Below, piece by piece: positions 16,588-24,094 of a stretch of DNA of 32,000 nt (the first letter of the stretch is position 1; each line of letters begins with the position of its first letter). The stretch is from Candidatus Nitrosopumilus koreensis AR1. Lineage in GTDB: Archaea; Thermoproteota; Nitrososphaeria; Nitrososphaerales; Nitrosopumilaceae. A program made the translations under genes and the position numbers. The notes beneath the pieces are model-generated. The model was not told the origin of the DNA and did not search any database. It was given only the letters and a program-made list of their open reading frames with translations. The stretch covers positions 330,001 to 362,000 of the forward strand of contig NC_018655.1 in NCBI RefSeq assembly GCF_000299365.1. The letters run 5' to 3'.

Positions 16588-17310
16588 ATGAGTCAAACAG
16601 CACAATCTAAACCGGGACAAGGAGGACAAAGAGGAAAAGGTGCCCCCACTTATGGAAGAGGTCCACCTGGTGGCGCAAAAGGTGGAGATCGACCAAGAAG
16701 ACCTCGAAGAGAACCAGAAGAAGAAGTTTGGGTTCCAAAAACAATCTTGGGGCAGAAAGTTGCATCAGGCGAAGTTTCATCTCTTGAAGAAATTATTGAA
16801 TTAGGATTAAGAATTCAAGAAGCAGGAATCATCAAAAAACTACTTCCTGATTTGAAGAGCGAAGTAGTTGATGTTGGAATTATTCAAAAGATGACATCAA
16901 ACGGCCAATCAACTAGATTCAAAGCAATTGTAGCAACTGGAAATGAGAATGGCTATTTGGGAATTGGTCAAGGAAAATCAAAACAAATGAGAATTGCAAT
17001 TGAAAAGGCAACAAATGCTGCTTACCTTAACGTTAATCCAATTAAAATGGGATGTGGCAGTTGGGAATGCAAATGTGACCAAAAACATTCTGTTCCATTC
17101 AAAGTAAAAGGAAAAGGTGGTAGTGTTACAATTGAAATTATTCCTGCACCACGTGGATTAGGTCTTGTAGCAGGAGGTAAAATTAAACGATTATTGGAAT
17201 TAGCAGGTCTTAAAGACGCTTGGACCACTGCAAAAGGTTCTACTCCTACCATGAACTCTACTTCAAAAGCCATCTTGGACTGTCTTAGACAGACATTTAG
17301 TCAAGGTTGA
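16588..17310 (+). CDS. rps5: 30S ribosomal protein uS5 with Gly/Arg/Pro-rich N-terminal extension
   Basis: The core reads FKAIVATGNENGYLGIGQGKSKQMRIAIEKA...IIPAPRGLGLVAGG. The N-terminal ~45 aa read KPGQGGQRGKGAPTYGRGPPGGAKGGDRPRRPRR. Confidence 0.93.
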   Translation: MSQTAQSKPGQGGQRGKGAPTYGRGPPGGAKGGDRPRRPRREPEEEVWVPKTILGQKVASGEVSSLEEIIELGLRIQEAGIIKKLLPDLKSEVVDVGIIQKMTSNGQSTRFKAIVATGNENGYLGIGQGKSKQMRIAIEKATNAAYLNVNPIKMGCGSWECKCDQKHSVPFKVKGKGGSVTIEIIPAPRGLGLVAGGKIKRLLELAGLKDAWTTAKGSTPTMNSTSKAILDCLRQTFSQG

Positions 17311-17783
17311 TGAAAATGACAAATGCATATCTTGTTGTTAGAATTAAAGGACAAGCTGATTGTCCATATTGGGCAACTCACACCATGATGCTCTTAAAGT
17401 TAGACAAGAAATATCGTGCAACAATTTTACCTGCAAAAGAAAATACTCTGGGAATGCTAAAAAAAGTACAACATTATGTTTCGTGGGTTGAACTTGATTC
17501 TGAATTGGCAAAAGAACTAATTGACAAAAAAGCAAGAAAATCTGGTTATCAAAAAATCACTGCTGAAGACTTGAAAGAACTTGGATTTGCAAGTTCTGCT
17601 GAATTGGCAACAGCACTTTCAGAAGGAAAGGTAAATCTATCAAAATTAAAACCACTCAAGCCTTGGTTTGCATTAGCACCACCAAGAACTGGATTTAAAA
17701 GAAGCACCAAAAAATTGTATGGTCAAAAAGGAATACTAGGATCAAACAAAGAACTTGGAACAATTGTAAGGAATATGATTTAA
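17307..17783 (+). CDS. rpl30: 50S ribosomal protein uL30
   Basis: YLVVRIKGQADCPYWATHTMMLLKLDKKYRATIL is the uL30 core. Size and position between rps5 and rpl15 are typical of archaea. It overlaps rps5 by 4 nt. Confidence 0.9.
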   Translation: MMKMTNAYLVVRIKGQADCPYWATHTMMLLKLDKKYRATILPAKENTLGMLKKVQHYVSWVELDSELAKELIDKKARKSGYQKITAEDLKELGFASSAELATALSEGKVNLSKLKPLKPWFALAPPRTGFKRSTKKLYGQKGILGSNKELGTIVRNMI

Positions 17784-17784
17784 C

Positions 17785-18261
17785 ATGGCAACAAGATTAA
17801 GAAAGACAAGACGACTTAGGGGAGGACGCCACATGGGATGGGGACAAGTAGGTCAACATCGCGCAAGTGGTCACAAAGGTGGTCTTGGAGTTACTGGAAT
17901 GATGAAACATCATTGGAGTACTACACTAAAAGATGAACCAGATCATTATGGCCATGATTCAACTAAACCACCTCACCCAAATATTACCAAGCAATGGGCT
18001 AGCGTCCGTGATCTTGATGACTTGTTTACTAAGTTCGGTAAAGAAGAAGGAGGAAAAAAAGTCGTAGACCTTGAAAGTGCAGGATACGAGAAACTCCTTG
18101 GTGGCGGAAAAGTAACAAATGCTTATTCCGTCAAAGTCACTCAGTTTACTGCATCTGCAGAAGAGAAACTCAAAGCCGTTGGCGGAGAAGTGATATCTAC
18201 TGCAAAGGTTGCTCCCAAAGAAAAAACTGATGGGGAAGAGGTGCTAACAGACAATGGCTGA
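17785..18261 (+). CDS. rpl15: 50S ribosomal protein uL15
   Basis: RKTRRLRGGRHMGWGQVGQHRASGHKGGLG is the N-terminal signature of uL15. Confidence 0.92.
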   Translation: MATRLRKTRRLRGGRHMGWGQVGQHRASGHKGGLGVTGMMKHHWSTTLKDEPDHYGHDSTKPPHPNITKQWASVRDLDDLFTKFGKEEGGKKVVDLESAGYEKLLGGGKVTNAYSVKVTQFTASAEEKLKAVGGEVISTAKVAPKEKTDGEEVLTDNG

Positions 18262-19684
18262 GGGTACAGTTACCACAATTATCAGAAAAGTCGTTTTTAA
18301 AGCAGAACCATATCTTCCTCAAGTTCCAAAACCAAAAAAGAAAATTCCGTTATCTACTAGATTGCTCTGGTGTGGAGTTGCATTACTTATCTACATGGTA
18401 ATGGGACAGACACCCTTATTTGGAGCAACAGCACCTGAATTTGATTTTCTAGCATTTGCTAGAGTAATTTTTGCATCCCAACAAGGTACCCTTGTTGAAT
18501 TAGGAATTGGACCGATTGTAACAGCTGGACTCTTGATGCAATTGTTGAGGGGTTCAGACATTCTCAAATTTGACTTTAAGAAACCTGAAGAAAGAGGTAT
18601 CTTTCAGACTGCAACAAAATTGGTAACTTACATTGTAATTGTAGCTGAATCAATTGTCTATGGTACTGCAGTTTATGGTCCGGGCGTTTCAGATACTTCA
18701 TTCTTGGTTGTAATGATTGGTCAGCTTATGGCTGCATCTGTCATCATCATGTTCTTAGACGAATTAATTCAGAAAGGTTGGGGGCTTGGTAGTGGAATTA
18801 GTCTATTCATCATGGCAGGTGTTGCCCAACAAATTCTGTGGAGCTTATTCAGTCCATTGCCTGCAGGTGATGGAGGAACGATTGGTATCATTCCATACAT
18901 AGGTCAATCAATAATGGCAGGTGATTTATCAAACGTACTATTCCGTTCAAACCAACTTCCGAGCATCTTTGGATTGTGTCTTACTGCGGGTATTTTGTTA
19001 ATACTTGTGTTCACACAAGGAATGAAGATTGAGATTCCAATTGTATCTACAAAATACAGAGGTTTCTCAGCAGTTTATCCAATAAAACTGATGTATGTCT
19101 CAAACATCCCAGTTATCTTGGCATCTGCACTTACTGCAAATGCTGTCTTTATCTTCCAGATGCTATGGGCTAACATGAACCCGCGTAACAATAATTTCTT
19201 TATGAACTTCATAGCGCAATTTGACCCAACAAGTCCATCCACTCCTATTGGTGGTATCATATACTATATCACACCGCCTAGAGGTCTAGATGTTGCGGCT
19301 TTAGATCCTGGGCGTGCAGTTGGATATATTCTATTCATGATTGGAATTGTAATTGTATTTGGTAGATTATGGGTTGAGCTTGGTGGTCTTTCACCAAAGA
19401 GTGCAGCTCAGAACTTACTTGATGCAGATGTTCAGATTCCTGGATTTAGAAGATCAAACAAACCCGTTGAAGCATTATTGAACAAGTACATTCCATCAGT
19501 TACCATTATTGGCTCAGCTATTTTGGGTCTTCTAGCAGGTGTGTCTGATGTATTGGGTGTATTTGGCTCTGGTATTGGAATTTTACTTATGGTAGATATT
19601 CTCATCAACTACTATACACAATTAGTAAGAGAACAAGTCGAAGTTGTAATGCCGCGTTTGGGTGCTTTACTTGGCAGAAAGTAA
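18254..19684 (+). CDS. secY: Preprotein translocase subunit SecY
   Basis: 476-aa polytopic membrane protein. It has LLWCGVALLIYMVMGQTPLFG, GIGPIVTAGLLMQLL and GWGLGSGISLFIMAGV. It occupies the conserved position after rpl15. Confidence 0.95.
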   Translation: MAEGTVTTIIRKVVFKAEPYLPQVPKPKKKIPLSTRLLWCGVALLIYMVMGQTPLFGATAPEFDFLAFARVIFASQQGTLVELGIGPIVTAGLLMQLLRGSDILKFDFKKPEERGIFQTATKLVTYIVIVAESIVYGTAVYGPGVSDTSFLVVMIGQLMAASVIIMFLDELIQKGWGLGSGISLFIMAGVAQQILWSLFSPLPAGDGGTIGIIPYIGQSIMAGDLSNVLFRSNQLPSIFGLCLTAGILLILVFTQGMKIEIPIVSTKYRGFSAVYPIKLMYVSNIPVILASALTANAVFIFQMLWANMNPRNNNFFMNFIAQFDPTSPSTPIGGIIYYITPPRGLDVAALDPGRAVGYILFMIGIVIVFGRLWVELGGLSPKSAAQNLLDADVQIPGFRRSNKPVEALLNKYIPSVTIIGSAILGLLAGVSDVLGVFGSGIGILLMVDILINYYTQLVREQVEVVMPRLGALLGRK

Positions 19685-20248
19685 AAAATCATCCTTGTTG
19701 GAATTCCAGGGGTTGGGAAAACCACTTTACTATCAAAGATTGTAGATCATATCAAAGGTCATCAAAAAAGTGTTAGTGTTGTAAGCTATGGAACTCTAAT
19801 GTTTGATGTTGCAAAACAAAACGGTCTTACTGATAGAGATGAACTAAGAAAATTACCCATCTCAAAACAACAAGAACTCCAAAAGACTGCTGCTGAAAAG
19901 ATTGCGTCTTGCACTGAAGAAATTGTAATTATTGATACGCATGCATTTATCAGCTCACCTGAAGGATACTATCCTGGACTTCCAGAACATGTTCTCAAAA
20001 TTATCAAACCCTCTAACTTTGTCTCAGTTTCAGCAAAGCCAGAGGAAATCTATAGTAGACGAATGAGTGATGATACTAGAAACCGGGACAAAAACACCCT
20101 TGCAAATGTAAAGAAGGAACTTGATGTCCAGTCAGGTATGATTTCTGCCTGTGCAGTAATAACTGGCTCACCTGTAAAATACGTCCTTAATCGTGAGGGA
20201 AAGGTTGATGAAGCAGCAGATAAGATAATACAATCACTAGGGCTGTAA
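19671..20248 (+). CDS. adkA: Adenylate kinase, archaeal AdkA type; no canonical start in frame as sequenced
   Basis: The frame is open only from 19685, directly after the secY TAA and in the same frame: KIILVGIPGVGKTTLLSKIVDHI...SYGTLMFDVAKQNGLTDRDELRKL...IIDTHAFI. The P-loop (19700-19726) precedes the first ATG (19799). The TTG at 19671 plus one extra A in the A6 run 19683-19688 would give MAESKKIILVGIPGVGKTT (192 aa). Confidence 0.8.
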
Positions 20249-20251
20249 AAA

Positions 20252-20905
20252 ATGGACTTTAACTTTATTCTGCTATTTCTTGATTCAATTCACCTTAACT
20301 TGGGTTTTCTTGAGTCTTTACATTTACAATTTGACTTCATTGGGGGTGAGAGAGGTGCACTTGGAAGTGATGATCCAATAGTCAAGGGACTTATTTTGTC
20401 TATGTTTTGTGTTTCTGGATTTGGTATAATGCTCAACTTGTTTAATTCTGCAGTTAGAAAGAAGATGGTTGATCAAACAAAACTAAAACGAATAATGAAG
20501 GAGACTCGCGGATGGCAAAAAGAAAGAATGGCTGCAATGCGAGCAAAAGATACTGCAAAAACAACTGAACTAAACAAGAAATCTGCATACATGAACAAGA
20601 TGTCAATGGAGATGATGCAGATGAACATGAGACCGATGATGATTACGTTTGTTCCATTGATTTTGATATTCTATCTTGTATTGCCGCAACTGTTTGCTTA
20701 CACTGTAGCTGTCTCTCCAATTCCTCTAAATGTAATTCCAGGAGATTTCTTCCAGTTGACGTGTACTGCAGAACAAGCAGCAGATCCTGAACATGTTTGT
20801 ACTGCAGAAAATGCACTATTCCTTTGGGCTTGGTATTTCCTTTCATCTATTGCATTTAGTGGCATTATTATGAAACTAACAAAAACATCAATGGATCTCA
20901 GTTGA
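20252..20905 (+). CDS. DUF106/EMC3-type membrane protein (archaeal YidC/Oxa1-like insertase candidate)
   Basis: It has three predicted TM helices and a Lys/Met-rich cytoplasmic coiled coil (KLKRIMKETRGWQKERMAAMRAK...MSMEMMQMNMRP). It occupies the conserved archaeal slot between adk and cmk. Confidence 0.7.
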   Translation: MDFNFILLFLDSIHLNLGFLESLHLQFDFIGGERGALGSDDPIVKGLILSMFCVSGFGIMLNLFNSAVRKKMVDQTKLKRIMKETRGWQKERMAAMRAKDTAKTTELNKKSAYMNKMSMEMMQMNMRPMMITFVPLILIFYLVLPQLFAYTVAVSPIPLNVIPGDFFQLTCTAEQAADPEHVCTAENALFLWAWYFLSSIAFSGIIMKLTKTSMDLS

Positions 20906-21462
20906 CAAAATCCATTGTAATTTCAGGTCCTCCTGCAGTAGGAAAGACAACTGTCGCCAAAGGACTGGCAGAAGAATTTTCACTTCAATATCTTAGCGGT
21001 GGTGATGTGCTTAAAGAAATGGCAAAAGAACAAGGTTTTGATTCTTCAGGTGATGACTGGTGGGATACTGAAGATGGAATGAAATTTCTAAATCAACGAG
21101 AAGAAAATTCTGCATTTGATAAAAAACTAGATGAAAAATTAGCTAAACTATTCAATGAAGGAGGAATGGTGATTACCAGCTACACATTGCCTTGGTTAAT
21201 CCAAGACGGCATCAAAATATGGTTGGAAGGCTCTCATGAAAGCAGTACAAAAAGAATGCAATCAAGAGATGACATGAGTTCTGATGAGGCGTATCAAATC
21301 ACAAAACAACGATTTGATAAGAACAAGGCACTTTATAAAAAATTGTATGATTTTGATTTTGGTGATGACAAATCTGTTTTTGATGTAATTATTAATACTG
21401 ATCATCTCACAGCACAACAAGTAATTGATGTTGCAAAAGAAACGGTGAGAAAATTGCTATGA
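20902..21462 (+). CDS. cmk: Cytidylate kinase, archaeal type
   Basis: The P-loop reads ISGPPAVGKTTVAKGLAEEF. Product is 186 aa. It has a TTG start overlapping the upstream stop by 4 nt and the conserved position before cbf5. Confidence 0.8.
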   Translation: MTKSIVISGPPAVGKTTVAKGLAEEFSLQYLSGGDVLKEMAKEQGFDSSGDDWWDTEDGMKFLNQREENSAFDKKLDEKLAKLFNEGGMVITSYTLPWLIQDGIKIWLEGSHESSTKRMQSRDDMSSDEAYQITKQRFDKNKALYKKLYDFDFGDDKSVFDVIINTDHLTAQQVIDVAKETVRKLL

Positions 21463-22454
21463 CTCTAAAACAACTAGAAAATCTAATTGAAGTAGACCAA
21501 GACATCACTGATGACGCATATGGCACATACTATGACAAAAGAACGATAGAGCAATTACTAAACTATGGAATTATAATTTTAGACAAACCTCCAGGCCCTA
21601 CAAGTCATGAAACTGTAGCTTGGACAAAAAGAATTTTGAAACTACCCAAGATTGGTCACAGTGGAACTTTGGACCCACAAGTTTCAGGAGTCTTGCCATT
21701 GGGATTAGGTGAGGCAACTAAAGCCTTAGGTGTGTTACTTTTTGGACCAAAAGAATATCATGCACTAGGCCGTGTCCACTCCCTTCCATCAAAAGAGAAA
21801 CTACATGAAGTAATTGAATTACTCACTGGGGAAATTTATCAAAAACCACCACAACGCTCAGCTGTAGTTAGGCAAACAAGAACAAGAACAATTTACGAGT
21901 TTGAAGTACTAGAACAAAAAGAGAGATTGCTGTTGACTCGAGTTTTATGTGAGGCTGGAACTTACATTAGAAAACTGTACTATGATTTGGGTGAAATTCT
22001 GGGCCCGGGAGCAACTATGATAGAACTTAGAAGAACCAGAGTTGATCAATTCAGAGAAACCGATGGACTAGTTACTTTGCATGAACTTGCAAATGCATTT
22101 GCATTGTGGGAAGAAAAGAAAGATGATTCAAAATTAAAGAGTATGATAAAGCCTGTAGAACTTGCCCTAAGTGAATTAAAATCAGTAATAATTCGTGATT
22201 CAGCTGTAGATGCAATGTGTCATGGTGCACAACTTGCAATTCCAGGAATTTTGAAAATATCTCCAAACTTGAAAAAAGGCGACATTGTGGGAATCTATAC
22301 TCAAAAAGGTGAGGCAGTAGCATTGGCAGAATCTACAATGGATGAAGAAGAGATTCGTGATGCAACAAAGGGCTATGCATTTGAAACAAAGAGAATCATA
22401 ATGGCTCCAAACACTTATCCTAAAAAATGGCGAACAAAACCCTCTAAAGAATAA
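21459..22454 (+). CDS. cbf5: H/ACA RNP pseudouridine synthase Cbf5 (TruB family) with C-terminal PUA domain
   Basis: The catalytic Asp motif is GHSGTLDPQVSGVLPL, followed by QKPPQRSAV. The PUA-like C-terminus reads AVDAMCHGAQLAIPGI...GDIVGIYTQKGEAVALAES. Confidence 0.92.
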   Translation: MTLKQLENLIEVDQDITDDAYGTYYDKRTIEQLLNYGIIILDKPPGPTSHETVAWTKRILKLPKIGHSGTLDPQVSGVLPLGLGEATKALGVLLFGPKEYHALGRVHSLPSKEKLHEVIELLTGEIYQKPPQRSAVVRQTRTRTIYEFEVLEQKERLLLTRVLCEAGTYIRKLYYDLGEILGPGATMIELRRTRVDQFRETDGLVTLHELANAFALWEEKKDDSKLKSMIKPVELALSELKSVIIRDSAVDAMCHGAQLAIPGILKISPNLKKGDIVGIYTQKGEAVALAESTMDEEEIRDATKGYAFETKRIIMAPNTYPKKWRTKPSKE

Positions 22455-22457
22455 GAA

Positions 22458-22904
22458 TTGTTCTCAAAAAGTCTTGTGACATTTGTCGGAATCGGAATAC
22501 TTGCTGGATTGTCATTTGGAATCTATCTGATTGATTTCAAAAACACTAGTCAACTTGTATATGTTGAGGGACCTGGAATTTCAATTGTCACTGAAAAACT
22601 TGATTTCAAGAAAGGTGAAGAGATTAAAATTAAAATCATAAACACTGGTACTGTTCCACTGACATTCTCTAATACGTCATATGGATTGCGAATCACAGGA
22701 CTATCTGGTATTCTAATGCATACTCCAACTTCTGCACAAGTAATATCTGAGTTAAAACCAAATGATGAAGTTGAACTTTCATGGGATCAAATAAAAAATG
22801 ATGGTGATACTGCCTTAGAGGGGCTTTACAAGATTTCTGCAAAAGGATTTGATCCAATGGGAGAAAAAGTAGAGCATTCAACCACTGTAACAATCTGGAA
22901 GTAG
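22458..22904 (+). CDS. N-terminally anchored small beta-rich protein, hypothetical
   Basis: 148 aa with a TTG start 3 nt after the cbf5 stop. The TM/signal anchor is LVTFVGIGILAGLSFGIYLI. The rest has alternating beta-like patterns (EEIKIKIINTGTVPLTF, YKISAKGFD, HSTTVTIWK). Confidence 0.6.
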   Translation: MFSKSLVTFVGIGILAGLSFGIYLIDFKNTSQLVYVEGPGISIVTEKLDFKKGEEIKIKIINTGTVPLTFSNTSYGLRITGLSGILMHTPTSAQVISELKPNDEVELSWDQIKNDGDTALEGLYKISAKGFDPMGEKVEHSTTVTIWK

Positions 22905-22912
22905 TAACACAA

Positions 22913-22919
22913 TTTATAA
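22913..22919 (+). promoter_or_regulatory. Candidate TATA box (TTTATAA) for tRNA-Ser
   Basis: Centred about 40 nt upstream of tRNA position 1 (22956), which implies a leader of about 13 nt. Confidence 0.4.
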
Positions 22920-22955
22920 TCAGATTCTAAAAACTAAATTTGTCGCAAGACTTGT

Positions 22956-23056
22956 GCCGGGGTCGCCTAGCCTGGTAGGGCGCGCGCCTGGAAATTGTTA
23001 ACCATAAAGCGCGTTCTCGCAAGGGAACGGGAGTTCAAATCTCCCTCCCGGCGCCA
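22956..23056 (+). tRNA. tRNA-Ser(GGA), class II, with 14-nt intron at the canonical 37/38 position and encoded CCA
   Basis: Folded by hand. The acceptor stem is GCCGGGG/UCCCGGC (G7-U66). The D stem is GCCU/GGGC. The anticodon stem is CGCGC/GCGCG and the loop is CU-GGA-A, with the anticodon at 22990-22992. The intron is 22994-23007 (AUUGUUAACCAUAA). The long variable arm is UCUC-GCAA-GGGA. The T arm is GGGAG-UUCAAAU-CUCCC, followed by discriminator G and CCA. Confidence 0.9.
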
Positions 23057-23241
23057 TAAAACCATTTGAATCTAATTTACTTTCTGCTTTATTGCTAGGC
23101 ATTGTGCCAGATCATCATTATCTGAGAAATCTCCAACGATCTGAAAAAACCCGGTTTTCAATCCTAACTATTATTTCTTTATGATGTTGTGATATTATTT
23201 CTACGTAAAGGTTAAATCTAAACCCCAAGAATAATCTGCGG

Positions 23242-24087
23242 ATGAAAAGAGCAATAGTTGCAGTATTGTCTACTGTTTTACTTTTATCACTTATTCCAAA
23301 TTATAATTCATTTGCTGACAAGCCAGATAATGTTGGCAATCCAGAACCCATTTCGATTGAAAAACTCTTGGAACCAAAGTCAATTAAAATGGCTGATGGT
23401 AGAGTTCTAGAAAAACGTGTTCATATTTTCCCTAATGATAATGCTGCAAAACCAGACGGCAAAGGTGGCCCACCAGATGGAAAAGGTGGTGGCAACAAAG
23501 GCTCTGCATGTTATTCAGAAATATCAAAGGGTGCTAAATGGAAGTCAAGTATTGGCGAATCCTATATTATTGATGATTCAAATTCAGGACTAGCATCTGG
23601 TGTTGCTTTAGCAGGAATTGAATCAAGTATTTCATCTTGGGAATCTGAGATAACTTCTGGAACTAGTGTATTTGGTTCAGGCTCTGAAGGTATACTTGAT
23701 CCTGTTGCAATTGCAAATGCACAAACCCCTTCTGGTACAAATGAAATTGTGTTCGCACCACTTAGTAGCTCTGGAACAATTGCAGTAACAATTACCTGGG
23801 GATACTTTTCAGGTCCACCTGGCGCAAGAGAAATTGTAGAATGGGATCAGATTTACAATACTTATTGGAATTGGGGTAATGCAGGTCCAACTAATGAAAA
23901 CGAATTGGGAGATACAAATGTGATGGACTTTGAAAATATTGCTGTACATGAAGTAGGGCATGCAACAGGTCTTGATCATTCTGGTGATTGTGTTGAAGAA
24001 ACTATGTATGCATATGCTCAAAACGGCGAAACAAAGAAAAGAACTCTTAATACCGGAGATATTGCAGGAATAAACTCGCTTTATTAG
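23242..24087 (+). CDS. Secreted metzincin (matrixin/M10-like) zinc metalloprotease
   Basis: The signal peptide is MKRAIVAVLSTVLLLSLIP. The zinc motif is HEVGHATGLDHS (HExxHxxGxxH), with a downstream Met-turn candidate ETMYAY. A PDGKGGPPDGKGGG mini-repeat is present. Confidence 0.75.
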   Translation: MKRAIVAVLSTVLLLSLIPNYNSFADKPDNVGNPEPISIEKLLEPKSIKMADGRVLEKRVHIFPNDNAAKPDGKGGPPDGKGGGNKGSACYSEISKGAKWKSSIGESYIIDDSNSGLASGVALAGIESSISSWESEITSGTSVFGSGSEGILDPVAIANAQTPSGTNEIVFAPLSSSGTIAVTITWGYFSGPPGAREIVEWDQIYNTYWNWGNAGPTNENELGDTNVMDFENIAVHEVGHATGLDHSGDCVEETMYAYAQNGETKKRTLNTGDIAGINSLY

Positions 24088-24094
24088 ATTTTCA

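Noticed and set aside
16609-16722. Gly/Arg/Pro-rich N-terminal extension of uS5 as something unusual
   Set aside because: Basic low-complexity extensions on archaeal and eukaryotic-type uS5 are common. The sequence is in frame and contiguous with the conserved core.
23146-23158. Dyad AAAACC-C-GGTTTT upstream of the metalloprotease gene
   Set aside because: It is a single odd-centred 6+6 dyad in A/T-rich DNA and cannot form a hairpin because of the 1-nt loop. It could be a regulator site, but with no second copy in the window there is no support.
23057-23241. Integration scar or mobile-element boundary, or a C/D-box sRNA, downstream of tRNA-Ser
   Set aside because: tRNA 3' ends are common integration sites. 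However, I found no direct repeat of the tRNA 3' half and no integrase nearby. The region has CTGA boxes (23122, 23141) and an ATGATG (about 23181), but not in the C-D'-C'-D order and spacing required for a C/D sRNA.
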